Of a stretch of 64,000 bases of DNA, positions 19,255 through 28,697 are shown one piece after another (position 1 is the first letter of the stretch; each line of letters opens with the position of its first letter). The DNA comes from a virus. Lineage: Duplodnaviria; Caudoviricetes. The notes below the pieces were generated by a model, which was not told the origin of the DNA, searched no databases, and saw only the letters and a program-made list of their open reading frames with translations. A program made the translations under genes and the position numbers. Location: IMG/VR virus record IMGVR_UViG_3300041964_000148. The stretch is one strand, 5' to 3'.

Positions 19255-19644
19255 TTAGACGCTTAATACGCGACTAATCGTTTCGGCGGTAAATTTATAC
19301 TCCTGACCTGTCTCCAGGTTTTTGGCGAGTATGGGGTACTTGCTGGAACGAATTTTTGCTCCCACAATTTTATATAGTTTGCCTTCTAGGCTGAACTCTT
19401 GTCCCAAGTGTTCGGGCTTCAACCCCCAGATTTCGGCATAGTCCTGGAAATCTTTAGCCTCTTTCCGGAGGACTTCTCCAGTCTTATCAACCACAGCACC
19501 TTCTATTTTTGCGGTGAAGTGTTGACCTGAGAAAGAACAGTTTCCTAGTTTTAGTCCTATTTTGTGCCTGTGAGCGATCTCAGCAAGAGCTTTGTTTATC
19601 TCGACTGATAAGGTTTGGAGATTTGATTTTGTAAATTGGTCCAT
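19255..19644 (-). CDS. Hypothetical phage protein
   Basis: ATG ORF; terminator at 19196-19228. Confidence 0.6.
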   Translation of the reverse strand: MDQFTKSNLQTLSVEINKALAEIAHRHKIGLKLGNCSFSGQHFTAKIEGAVVDKTGEVLRKEAKDFQDYAEIWGLKPEHLGQEFSLEGKLYKIVGAKIRSSKYPILAKNLETGQEYKFTAETISRVLSV

Positions 19645-19767
19645 GTTACGTATCTATGTGTGGATACTACAATTGTAACATTTCAGTAATACACAAAAAC
19701 GTATCACGGTTCTCCGTGACGAGCGATATTTCAACATCCCCCCCTCAAGGGGGGATGTTAAGTGGAG

Positions 19768-20094
19768 TTAGTTATCAGTTTTTTTGATCATATCTGCGAC
19801 CTCACTCCAAACAACACCAATAGCTTCTGCTGTGCAGCCCCTCTCCTGTAGTCCCTTCCATGTTCCGGAAGAGTACCTGCGATTAGTAATCTTTGGCAAA
19901 AACTCATCCATCACCTTCACAGGTAATTTGAACTTATTACACAGTTCTCCTAAGTGCCTTGGAGCAAACTTTCCATCGCGTTCAACAATCTCGTTGAATG
20001 CGGCAAGGATAGCCTCGCGATCGCTTTCCAGTATTTCTTTGCGCCGAGAAAAGTAGTCCTTGCCGCGCAGTCCATACAGCCTGTGTTGTGTCAT
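19768..20094 (-). CDS. Hypothetical protein
   Basis: ATGA-coupled to 20091-20354. Confidence 0.6.
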   Translation of the reverse strand: MTQHRLYGLRGKDYFSRRKEILESDREAILAAFNEIVERDGKFAPRHLGELCNKFKLPVKVMDEFLPKITNRRYSSGTWKGLQERGCTAEAIGVVWSEVADMIKKTDN

Positions 20095-20354
20095 TTGCGA
20101 TCGCCTATTAATTCTGAATACGGAATTTCACTGGGTCTTCTTCCTGTTCTCCATGTTCTATTAAGCCAACTTTCAAGGCTTTTGATTGATTGTTCTCTAT
20201 CCTCAGCAGTGCCTCGAATAAATTCCATCAAAAGCTCAGACTCTACCCTTTTGTTTCCATTCTGAAAAAACTGAAGTTCTCCCTCTAGTTTTAAGAAGCG
20301 CATGAGTTGGTCTTTGCTTATTGTTCCATCTGTCATTATTGTTCCATCTGTCAT
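20091..20354 (-). CDS. Hypothetical protein
   Basis: ATGA-coupled on both sides. Confidence 0.55.
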   Translation of the reverse strand: MTDGTIMTDGTISKDQLMRFLKLEGELQFFQNGNKRVESELLMEFIRGTAEDREQSIKSLESWLNRTWRTGRRPSEIPYSELIGDRK

Positions 20355-20587
20355 TCGTGATCGTCCTCCTCGGTCAATTCCTGTGACTGCCCTGCATCGA
20401 CAAAAGCCTCATTTGGCGCTGGCGTCCCCACCTTGATCAGCAACCAGCCAATCCGAATGGTGTACCCGTGCCTAGTTTCTTGCTGCCATCTCCAGTAAGA
20501 AAAGAACCCGAACACTCCAATGGCAGGGAACTTACTCCAGTCGAAAGCAAGGCTTGGCTTTAATTCTGATTTCGGCTTAATGTTCAT
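20351..20587 (-). CDS. Hypothetical protein
   Basis: Operon member. Confidence 0.5.
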   Translation of the reverse strand: MNIKPKSELKPSLAFDWSKFPAIGVFGFFSYWRWQQETRHGYTIRIGWLLIKVGTPAPNEAFVDAGQSQELTEEDDHE

Positions 20588-20634
20588 TTGCGATCGCGTT
20601 GCGCTGTTTGTAGCAGCGCAACGCTTTATTTTTA

Positions 20635-21492
20635 CTAGTTTGGGTCTTTAAGGAACAAAGATCCGGGTAGATAATTAAACAACTCTGTGAGAGTTTCTTT
20701 CAAGATTTGTCGGCGCGATTTACGAAGTCTGGTTAAATCCAGATGAGGATCATCATGGAACCTCACCACACCCTTTTCCTGAAGGGTTTTGCCGACTGTA
20801 TTCTTAACAAAACCACCCTCTTTTGCTGCCGTCTGCTCAACAAATTCCAGTGGAAACCCTACTGCGTCAGATTTCAGGTACACAATTACTCCCGTCTTGG
20901 GGACAAAGAATAGAGCGATCGCATAGTCAACATATTCACCATCAATCAGTTCAATCCCATTTTCAATGGCAAAGTAGGCTTCGCCTCGTGGATCTATTTG
21001 CCATGCAGACAGCGCTCTATTGACAGCTCCCCGCAGTATTTCTACCTCACCTACTGGTTGCTCGTTAACTCCCGACTCGGCTCCCTTGATTCCTATAACA
21101 GCCGCATTAAGCTGGGATTCGTTTACAGCGTCCTGTAAAGCACCAACTTTGACCTTACTTTGACTACCCAAGAAGAAACTAATTGGACTATTTCTGACTT
21201 TAAGAGATGGTCGGGGTTTTTCTGCTTTTAGTCTTGCTGCTTTTAGTTTTTCGGAAACACGATCTTGAAGACTTCTCGGAGGATTTTCTAAATCTGTTTT
21301 AACGCCACATTCAGGACAATCAAAAGTGACAAAGTAATCTGTCTCGTCACGAACAGTTGAGCTTGTTTGATACAAATCTTCCTCGTCTACTAATAATTCT
21401 GCTCCACAACCTCCACCTCCGTTCCCTTGCCCAGTGCATATAGCCTTTGTACTCCAGCCTTTTTGTCCTGAACCTTGTTTTAGTACTTTCAT
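20635..21492 (-). CDS. Zn-ribbon domain fused to YjjX-like (DUF84) ITP/XTPase
   Basis: GS.SKVK..A, ESGVNEQPVG..E...GA.NRA, AIENGI, R..IL; N-terminal C..GGCG / CPEC. Confidence 0.7.
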   Translation of the reverse strand: MKVLKQGSGQKGWSTKAICTGQGNGGGGCGAELLVDEEDLYQTSSTVRDETDYFVTFDCPECGVKTDLENPPRSLQDRVSEKLKAARLKAEKPRPSLKVRNSPISFFLGSQSKVKVGALQDAVNESQLNAAVIGIKGAESGVNEQPVGEVEILRGAVNRALSAWQIDPRGEAYFAIENGIELIDGEYVDYAIALFFVPKTGVIVYLKSDAVGFPLEFVEQTAAKEGGFVKNTVGKTLQEKGVVRFHDDPHLDLTRLRKSRRQILKETLTELFNYLPGSLFLKDPN

Positions 21493-21544
21493 GGTTTCAC
21501 CTAATTACTACTAAGTTCTTGGTTTCTTGTTAACTATCTAGAAT

Positions 21545-21811
21545 CTATAGTCCTCCTAGTAAATGCTCACTTTGTCTGTAGTCAGAGTGTGCTTCGTCTA
21601 CATCGAACTCGATGCCAAGAGAGTTAGGATGCCCCATTGAACCAAGATAAAGCTTTACTTCTATTTGGTCGTCTTTGAGTCCAGGGAAATCAGACTTAGC
21701 AATAGCTGCCAATACCTTTACATCCTCAAATGTTTTTACGTGCGAAGCCGTTATCTGGCAACGATGCTGTTTTTGCCACTTCAATAATATGCGGTCAGAT
21801 TTTTGTGTCAT
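21545..21811 (-). CDS. Hypothetical protein
   Basis: GAGGTG SD. Confidence 0.5.
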   Translation of the reverse strand: MTQKSDRILLKWQKQHRCQITASHVKTFEDVKVLAAIAKSDFPGLKDDQIEVKLYLGSMGHPNSLGIEFDVDEAHSDYRQSEHLLGGL

Positions 21812-21856
21812 TTCTTCACCTCGTAAATGTTTTCACAATCAATTGCGATCGCCTCA

Positions 21857-22090
21857 CTAAAGACTGGCTAAATAGTCTCTAACTGCATTCTTAATCTCTA
21901 ATTCGTCCTCAGTAGCTCTCCAGTCAGTCCACATATGCAGTCTCTTTGCCTTGGGGCTTTTGTTGTTTCTGTAATAAAACACATCGAGCGTCTGAGTTCT
22001 GATTGTTTCGGTAACTTTCGCCTGGTTAATGAGGGGATAGCGAATGTGGACTATTCTTATTTCTGCCTTAGTTATTTCTGCCTTAGTCAT
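21857..22090 (-). CDS. Hypothetical protein
   Basis: Operon member. Confidence 0.45.
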   Translation of the reverse strand: MTKAEITKAEIRIVHIRYPLINQAKVTETIRTQTLDVFYYRNNKSPKAKRLHMWTDWRATEDELEIKNAVRDYLASL

Positions 22091-22106
22091 TTCTTGCCTT
22101 CAGTAA

Positions 22107-22502
22107 TTAGGATTCAGCCAGTTTACTTAAAAGGGAAAACGCCCTCAGACTAGCGATTTTGATCAGTTCGGACTTAGCTTCGTCGCCTAAAGACTGAAGC
22201 TTGCCGATGATTCTGCGCTTGTCTTCCTCTTCCAGTAACTCTTCTAGTACCGGAATCATGTTGGATGGCTCTAGCTTCACTCGACTGCGCGAAGACGCAA
22301 TCATCAAGGCGTCTATGTCTCTTTCGATTAAGTGAGATTCCTGAAGTTGTCTTTCAACTTCAGGATTAGTTGATGGGGCAAAAGATGCTCGGAAATCGTT
22401 AATTAATTGTTGCTCTTCTGGTGTCATAAATTTGTTGAATGGTATGTGGGCAAGAACGATAGTGGGCGATCGCAGCATTGGGCAAATCCGAGCCGTAGTC
22501 AC
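22107..22502 (-). CDS. Hypothetical protein (start probably ~22427)
   Basis: Operon member. Confidence 0.45.
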   Translation of the reverse strand: MTTARICPMLRSPTIVLAHIPFNKFMTPEEQQLINDFRASFAPSTNPEVERQLQESHLIERDIDALMIASSRSRVKLEPSNMIPVLEELLEEEDKRRIIGKLQSLGDEAKSELIKIASLRAFSLLSKLAES

Positions 22503-22543
22503 TATGGCTCGGATTAATACTCACAGCTTGCGAATGTTTTGGT

Positions 22544-22840
22544 TCATGATTTTGGTCTGTGAAAAAAGAACATTAAGTCACCCGAATAGAAAATATCATC
22601 ATCGTCTTGTTCGACTGGCTTAACAATTGGAAGAAACTGAGTTGAATGAAGTCTCCACCCATCTTTTGCATACTCGTTCATAAATTCAGTTACGAGCGTT
22701 GAGGCTGTTTCTTCGTTATGGCATAGTTTAACGGCAAGGTACTCTTCTTTGACTGGACTACGAGTTTTCTCTGCGTCAGCCTTCTCTTCTTCTTCTTTAA
22801 CGAGGCGATTGAATTTCTCTTCATGTGATTCAACTGACAT
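22544..22840 (-). CDS. Hypothetical protein (DUF4177-like)
   Basis: MNEYAKDGWRL motif; GGAGG SD. Confidence 0.5.
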   Translation of the reverse strand: MSVESHEEKFNRLVKEEEEKADAEKTRSPVKEEYLAVKLCHNEETASTLVTEFMNEYAKDGWRLHSTQFLPIVKPVEQDDDDIFYSGDLMFFFHRPKS

Positions 22841-22870
22841 TGTATTCCTCCGCTACTTTTTGATGGGATA

Positions 22871-23182
22871 CTATATGTCAAGAAAAGTACTTTTTGGAAT
22901 AGCTAGCCACCCATCGGCAGGTAAAATTCCCCCCCTATCTTTGGGAATGGAAAGAGCCGCACCTTTTTCGTCGGTAAAATGCAACTGACAACTAGCACAC
23001 CCCTCAAATTTCCAAGTTCCGTAGTTCGCGTATCTCATTCCAGTGCCGACACTATCGGCAGCCGCAAGCTCGTAATATTCGCCTATTTTTAGTGAAACTG
23101 GGATTGCTACGGGTGTTAGTTTTTCGGGCGGCAGTTCATCCGGTAATGCATCATCGTCGATATTGTATCCTTTGTAGGTCAT
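22871..23182 (-). CDS. Hypothetical protein
   Basis: AAGGAAG SD before ATG 23182. Confidence 0.5.
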   Translation of the reverse strand: MTYKGYNIDDDALPDELPPEKLTPVAIPVSLKIGEYYELAAADSVGTGMRYANYGTWKFEGCASCQLHFTDEKGAALSIPKDRGGILPADGWLAIPKSTFLDI

Positions 23183-23301
23183 AGCTTCCTTAGTAACGCA
23201 GTAAAATGATTGTAACAAATACGGTATCATCTATGAGCCAACCAAAATTACAGCCTGATTGGGCGGCGATCGCAAACTGATCAATAGTAATGGCCCCGTA
23301 G

Positions 23302-23347
23302 CCACATCCTCTTAGAATCCCTCGTCTTTTAAGCGAGGGAGATGTCA
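23302..23347 (+). mobile_element. Orphan IS200/IS605-like right end
   Basis: ACATCCTCTTAGAATCCCTCG-tcttttaag-CGAGGGAGATGTCA closely matches the right end at 52395-52440. Confidence 0.55.
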
Positions 23348-23380
23348 TACTAAGGCTTAATTCGCCAAGTTTTAAAGCAG

Positions 23381-23650
23381 ATGTTGGATCTTGAAGAGTT
23401 CGGTGTCACATGGAGAGAATTGTCCGAGATCTCTTATAGCGCGACAAGTATATTAGAAGAAAACGCCCCCAGGTGGGACGAACTAACTTATCAGCAACAA
23501 TTACTTATTGAAATAGGCTTGCGCCAAGTACAAGCTGCCGCTAATAGACAAATCAAGTCAGCAGAGTATTGGCGCGATTTTGTCAAAAATCGATTGGAAA
23601 CGAGGTTAATGGTTTCAGGGGCAAGCAATCAGAGGGATAGATTGAGATAA
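23381..23650 (+). CDS. Hypothetical protein
   Basis: TAATG-coupled to the endolysin. Confidence 0.55.
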   Translation: MLDLEEFGVTWRELSEISYSATSILEENAPRWDELTYQQQLLIEIGLRQVQAAANRQIKSAEYWRDFVKNRLETRLMVSGASNQRDRLR

Positions 23651-25146
23651 TGTCGCCAATTTCGCTCTCTGCCCTAAAACCCGAATACCAGAAACTCTGG
23701 GACACCTGCACTATCAACCCAGAATCTAAGAAAGAAGCGGAAGGAATAGTAGCCCGAATACTCGCTCAGAAATCTCGCTATCAATCTATCGCATCCTCAA
23801 TCGGCTGCCCCTGGGAATTTGTTGCCGTAATTCACAACATGGAGGCAAGCTTAAACTTTAACTGCCACCTGCACAACGGTGATCCGCTTAGTGGGTATAC
23901 CTACAACGAACCCCCCAATCGTCCAGCTCATGGTAAGCCACCTTTCACTTGGGAAGAAAGTGCCGAGGATGCGCTGAAGTTAATGCAAATAGATCAAGTC
24001 AAGGATTGGTCAGTTACCGGGAGACTGTTTCAAGGAGAGCAATATAACGGTTGGGGATACCGCCTATACCATCCAGAAGTTCTAACCCCTTATTTGTGGA
24101 GTGGAACTAGCCATTACGTCCGAGGCAAATATGCCTCGGATGGCTACTTTGATCGAAATCTAAAAAGTGAACAAATAGGCATCGTGCCATTGCTCAAGCT
24201 CTTGTCAAGCAACGCGAACACCCAACAGCAACCTATTGCAAAAATGACGACAGAATTATTAAAGGGCGGCGCTTGCAAGTTGCGGATAGAGAAAGATGCA
24301 TACCTTACTCAAGCGCCTATTCCAGCACTAGAGTTAAAGACAAGCGATCGCATACTTCGTGTTCGGGCAGGGACTATATTGCCCGTACTAGCTTGGCGAC
24401 AAGTAGGGGCAGGATTCCTGGTCGTGACCTTTGGCAAAACCCTTCGAGGGTACAACACCTGGCACGTCAGAGAAGAGGATGTAAGAATGTCGCCCCTCGT
24501 GCCCAAACTCCCGGTTCAAATTGCGGCGAAGCCAGTTGTTCCAGGTGATTTATCCAGTTTGCCGGGGGACAAAATCATCCGATTCCTGCATAGCCGCGAC
24601 TTCCGGGTCCGGGCGCTCAACATCGTGTACCTCGTTGGCGCTTCGGCAGAGGACTGGTCACCGATACCCAACTTAGTAGATGGCTGGAACGACGTTCGTT
24701 GCGTGGTTCGCGACAATGGCGAGGTACTTGGGAGCTGGCAAGCAACGACAGATCCGGGGGAACATTACCTAGAGAATCCCATGAACCCACTGGGATGCGC
24801 CATTGTCGCATTAGGGCAGCACAAAGATGCTTGGGAGATTGGGGAACACAAAGCTGGACATTGGGGATTAGTTCAGTGTGGAGATCTAGTAATTTATCGC
24901 GACCAGCTCGCAACCGGAGTGCGATCGGGTCACACTGTTCGGGCAGGGGCTGAGTGTGGACTGAACCACCACGGGACTGGCGAACGAGATGGAGACCCAA
25001 ACTCAATCGGGTTTTGGAGCGCTGGTTGCTGCGTTGGGCTGTATCGAAAATCTCACGATAAATTTATGGATTTGTGCAGACATTCGGGCAACTCAACTTT
25101 TGACGCTACCCTGATTGATGGAGCAACACTATACAACTTTCGTTAA
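23650..25146 (+). CDS. Modular endolysin (lysozyme-family N-terminal domain plus further domains)
   Basis: IHNME..LNF..HLHNGDPL, E.YNG.GY, PYLWSGT..Y..GKY..DG motifs. Confidence 0.75.
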   Translation: MSPISLSALKPEYQKLWDTCTINPESKKEAEGIVARILAQKSRYQSIASSIGCPWEFVAVIHNMEASLNFNCHLHNGDPLSGYTYNEPPNRPAHGKPPFTWEESAEDALKLMQIDQVKDWSVTGRLFQGEQYNGWGYRLYHPEVLTPYLWSGTSHYVRGKYASDGYFDRNLKSEQIGIVPLLKLLSSNANTQQQPIAKMTTELLKGGACKLRIEKDAYLTQAPIPALELKTSDRILRVRAGTILPVLAWRQVGAGFLVVTFGKTLRGYNTWHVREEDVRMSPLVPKLPVQIAAKPVVPGDLSSLPGDKIIRFLHSRDFRVRALNIVYLVGASAEDWSPIPNLVDGWNDVRCVVRDNGEVLGSWQATTDPGEHYLENPMNPLGCAIVALGQHKDAWEIGEHKAGHWGLVQCGDLVIYRDQLATGVRSGHTVRAGAECGLNHHGTGERDGDPNSIGFWSAGCCVGLYRKSHDKFMDLCRHSGNSTFDATLIDGATLYNFR

Positions 25147-25158
25147 AAATTAGAATTT

Positions 25159-25617
25159 ATGCCTACTCAGCAACTATCTCCTTCTCAATGGGTCGTTGAT
25201 ATTTCTGCCCTTTCCAACGCGGCAGGAAATTTCCTCTCCTTGGCTGGAGGCACCATAACTACAGTTGTTTCTGTTGCAGCAGTCGCTGCTGTAGTGGGAA
25301 TTTGCGTTATTAACAACAAAGATTTACCCCCTTGGGCGCAGGTAGCCTTGGGGACAGGTACTGTAGCTGGGGTTGTTTACGATCCCAAGAAAGATCAGAC
25401 AAGAATTCATCAAGAATTCCAGCAGCCAGTGGACAATGCCTCAATTGCCACAGCACCCAATTCCTCCACAAATACAGAGCTGCGAACTGCTCCTGATATC
25501 AGCGTAATGCGATCGCAACCTTCCCCACCTCCCGATCCTGAATGGTTACAGGATAGTAACGAGTTGGACGACAGTGGGGAATGGTTGACACCTAAGGAAC
25601 TTGCAATGATGGGTTAA
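25159..25617 (+). CDS. Putative holin/membrane protein
   Basis: Hydrophobic segments; directly after the endolysin. Confidence 0.45.
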   Translation: MPTQQLSPSQWVVDISALSNAAGNFLSLAGGTITTVVSVAAVAAVVGICVINNKDLPPWAQVALGTGTVAGVVYDPKKDQTRIHQEFQQPVDNASIATAPNSSTNTELRTAPDISVMRSQPSPPPDPEWLQDSNELDDSGEWLTPKELAMMG

Positions 25618-25832
25618 GGTGTTAAATAGTAACAGTAGTAACGTATCCACGCTGTCCTGACGGGCATCGTGGTTTTTAATGCGTGTTTCGTAGTAAATTT
25701 GAAAACGATCGCATCCTTTGAGACAAAACGCCGGATGCGATCGCTATCCACACACATAAGGAATAAAAACTCATGTCATAACAATTATATCGGCGTATTA
25801 TTTTTCGGCAAACTCCTCACCACACACACACT

Positions 25833-27902
25833 ATGCAACAAACACTAGAAAAACCTTGGCTAATTGGATTTCGACTCTACCAACTAGACCTTCGGAGAGA
25901 AATTATAAAAGCCTGGAGAGAAGGCGCACAGAGGATACTGGTTCAACTTTGTACTGGTGGTGGCAAAAGCATGATTATTCGTTCATTCCAGCTAGAGCTG
26001 TGGCTGAAGGGCAAGAAAGTTCTGCTGGTTTGTCAAGATACTGGGATACTGACTCAGTTGTTAAGCCATGCGATTGAGTCTGGTATTCCTCAAGATCAGG
26101 TAGGGGTTCTAAAAGCCTGGAAAAGTGGCGAATATCCCCTTGAATTGCACAAGCCTATGCAGATTGCAATGGTTCAAAGCCTGACTAACAATTGGGAAGA
26201 ATTAACGTCGGGGACACATCCCCTTGCCCCCGATTTAATCCTAATTGATGAGTGCCATCATTGCGACAGCCAAAATAATTACTTCCAGCTTTGGGAGCAA
26301 TTTCCAGAGGCGAAAATACTAGGTTTGTCGGCTACTCCTGCCCGTCCCAACGGTCACGGCTTCTACTATCCAGAGGAAGAAGGGCAAGATAGAAAGTATT
26401 TATTTGATCGGCTCATTCTAGGAGTGCCAAAGCGATCGCTCATTGACCAAGGGTTTCTGCCAGAGTGCGGAACTTACTTTGCTCTAACCCCCAGTCTCAG
26501 AGGCGTGGCAAAGAAAAGAGGGGAATTCAGGGTAACAGGTGCTAATGGACTAGAGTCCCGATACAACAATGCCACTATTCGGGGTGATGTCATTCGTGCT
26601 TGGCGGGAGTTCGTTTACGACAGATTCGGTGCTGCTCCTACTATGTGCTATGGGGTGAGTGTTGCTCACATCAAAGACATCGCTGCTGATTTTAGAGCAA
26701 ACAATATCCCCGCTGTGGCTTTGCACGGGAAAATGGGCAGGGGTGAGCAGGCTAAAGTCCTGAAGTCATTTATCGCAAGAGAAGCGGTTATTTTGTGCCT
26801 GTGCGGCATGGGTCAAGAAGGCTTTGATCTGGCTACCCTAGCTAAGTCAATGGGGCTAGAAGCCGAAAACGTATTTTGCGTGATCAAGGCATTGGCAACA
26901 ACAAGCCTTGTTAAAAACTCACAGCTAGATGGACGAATACGAGGCATAGACTTAATGCGATGGAATTGGCGGCAATTGCCCGAAAAGGTTGAGGTTATTG
27001 AGACAGATCAACCAATAAATCAACCACAAGCAACAGACGCAGTTCTAGGAGGTTCTCGCTCACCGATTCATGGGGCAATGGTGCTAGGTGGAATGGCAGG
27101 GGTTGAATCGCTGCTCAAATCGAAGGATATAGGCGGAAGGGTAGCGGGAATTAAGAAGGTTCTGGCAATGTCCAGGCTTGACTTGTTGGAGCCTTTCTTA
27201 GTGCCAGGGAACGAAGACCCCTCCCCACAGGTTCAGGCGTTAGTTGAAACCATCCTAGATCATAAGGGGTTAGCTTCTGTGGGCAAGCTGCTTTACGGCG
27301 TGATAATCGACTGCGGCAACAATTTTGTCCGCCACGAAGTATACGACGCCGAACATGAATGGAGTTTGGAGGGGGTCACAGTTAGACCTCTTAATAGCAA
27401 GCAGTGTCCGGAGTGCAGCCTGGTTGGCTTGAAAGCCAACCTAAGCAAATGCCCAAATTGTGGTCACGTTTTCTCTAAAGAAAAAGTCGAAGAAAACAGC
27501 CAAACCCCAGCAGGCGAAGGGGCGACTATTAGCCAAGATAAAGAATGCCAAATGGCGCTATTAGACAAGGAGGCTTGGCGCTCTTGGAAAGAGTTAATGA
27601 AGGAAAAACGTAGCAACTATGTCGCGCTGACAGAATTTATTATGTCGGGCGCACCGATACCAGAAATAGCAAGAGCTGGAAGGCAATGTAAAACACAGAA
27701 AGGTATACCTTATAAGAAATATGCCATTTACAGTCTTTGGCTTGGTTGCCAGCGCAAAATTCATGGGCAACTTTGGCTCCCCACTTTAGAAGCATTAGAA
27801 GAGTGGTGCAATGCTTTCGGCTACAGAAGGGGAATAGCTAGGGACTGGATGGCTGAATGTGAAGAATATGTTACAAAAAGAAAAACCCCTTTGCTCTTCT
27901 AA
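25833..27902 (+). CDS. SF2 DEAD/DEAH helicase with C-terminal Zn ribbon
   Basis: TGGGKS, DECHH, SATP, QLDGR, CPEC...CPNC. Confidence 0.85.
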   Translation: MQQTLEKPWLIGFRLYQLDLRREIIKAWREGAQRILVQLCTGGGKSMIIRSFQLELWLKGKKVLLVCQDTGILTQLLSHAIESGIPQDQVGVLKAWKSGEYPLELHKPMQIAMVQSLTNNWEELTSGTHPLAPDLILIDECHHCDSQNNYFQLWEQFPEAKILGLSATPARPNGHGFYYPEEEGQDRKYLFDRLILGVPKRSLIDQGFLPECGTYFALTPSLRGVAKKRGEFRVTGANGLESRYNNATIRGDVIRAWREFVYDRFGAAPTMCYGVSVAHIKDIAADFRANNIPAVALHGKMGRGEQAKVLKSFIAREAVILCLCGMGQEGFDLATLAKSMGLEAENVFCVIKALATTSLVKNSQLDGRIRGIDLMRWNWRQLPEKVEVIETDQPINQPQATDAVLGGSRSPIHGAMVLGGMAGVESLLKSKDIGGRVAGIKKVLAMSRLDLLEPFLVPGNEDPSPQVQALVETILDHKGLASVGKLLYGVIIDCGNNFVRHEVYDAEHEWSLEGVTVRPLNSKQCPECSLVGLKANLSKCPNCGHVFSKEKVEENSQTPAGEGATISQDKECQMALLDKEAWRSWKELMKEKRSNYVALTEFIMSGAPIPEIARAGRQCKTQKGIPYKKYAIYSLWLGCQRKIHGQLWLPTLEALEEWCNAFGYRRGIARDWMAECEEYVTKRKTPLLF

Positions 27903-28001
27903 ATCGTAATATGAAGGCGATCGCAAAGCGCAGGTCGCCTTCCCTCGGATGTTCGCTTTTCAGTGAAATTAGATAGCTCAAAAAAGTAGTGGAAGACCCC
28001 A

Positions 28002-28634
28002 ATGAAAATTAACAGTTTGACGTTTCAAACAACCCCTTGTAGCGACGGGCGCATGGCTTTTATGTGTCCTGAACTTGGGATCTGTGAACTTCTGCCCGAT
28101 GATCCTGATGAGGATGAGGGTATTGTCTACAGAGTTGCAGACCTAGCGACAGTATGTGAGGAAGCCCTAGTTTTCCTCTGGGACGCTAAAGCACTAGAGG
28201 AGACCCCAGCCCTAGTTGAACTACTTAAAAGCATTGATTTAGATGACGCCAGGGAGGGCATTAACTCCTCCCGCGAGGAATGGGCAATCGAGAGCAATTA
28301 TCCAGCTCTAAAAACCCACTGGAACAGGAGAGTGGCAATCCCTTATATAAGGTGGGAGATGCCACAAGAAGATCGGTACGTTTCAAAAGCAGACTTTGCG
28401 ATCGCTATCGCAAATTGGGAACAAGAAAAGGAAGCAGAGAAAGAAGCATGGGAGATACTGCTCTGCAAAGGTAAAGATGATCAAAGGTGGATCGACTGGA
28501 TTCACTGGGTAACAAAAAAATTACTTCCAACTTATCAAAAGAAGTACCGGAAGAAGGTTTGGGAGGAGTGGGAAAAGGTTGGTTTACCAGTTTTGCCGTT
28601 TGAAGAGACTTTGAAGAGAAAAAAACCACTATAA
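28002..28634 (+). CDS. Hypothetical protein
   Basis: 210-aa ORF followed by terminator 28641-28676. Confidence 0.6.
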   Translation: MKINSLTFQTTPCSDGRMAFMCPELGICELLPDDPDEDEGIVYRVADLATVCEEALVFLWDAKALEETPALVELLKSIDLDDAREGINSSREEWAIESNYPALKTHWNRRVAIPYIRWEMPQEDRYVSKADFAIAIANWEQEKEAEKEAWEILLCKGKDDQRWIDWIHWVTKKLLPTYQKKYRKKVWEEWEKVGLPVLPFEETLKRKKPL

Positions 28635-28640
28635 CCAAAT

Positions 28641-28676
28641 AAAAACCCCCTTGATCGTGTTGATCAAGGGGGTTTT
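28641..28676. terminator. Bidirectional terminator
   Basis: AAAACCCCCTTGATC-gtgtt-GATCAAGGGGGTTTT between convergent genes. Confidence 0.75.
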
Positions 28677-28697
28677 CAGAATTAAAGAGACTTGCAT

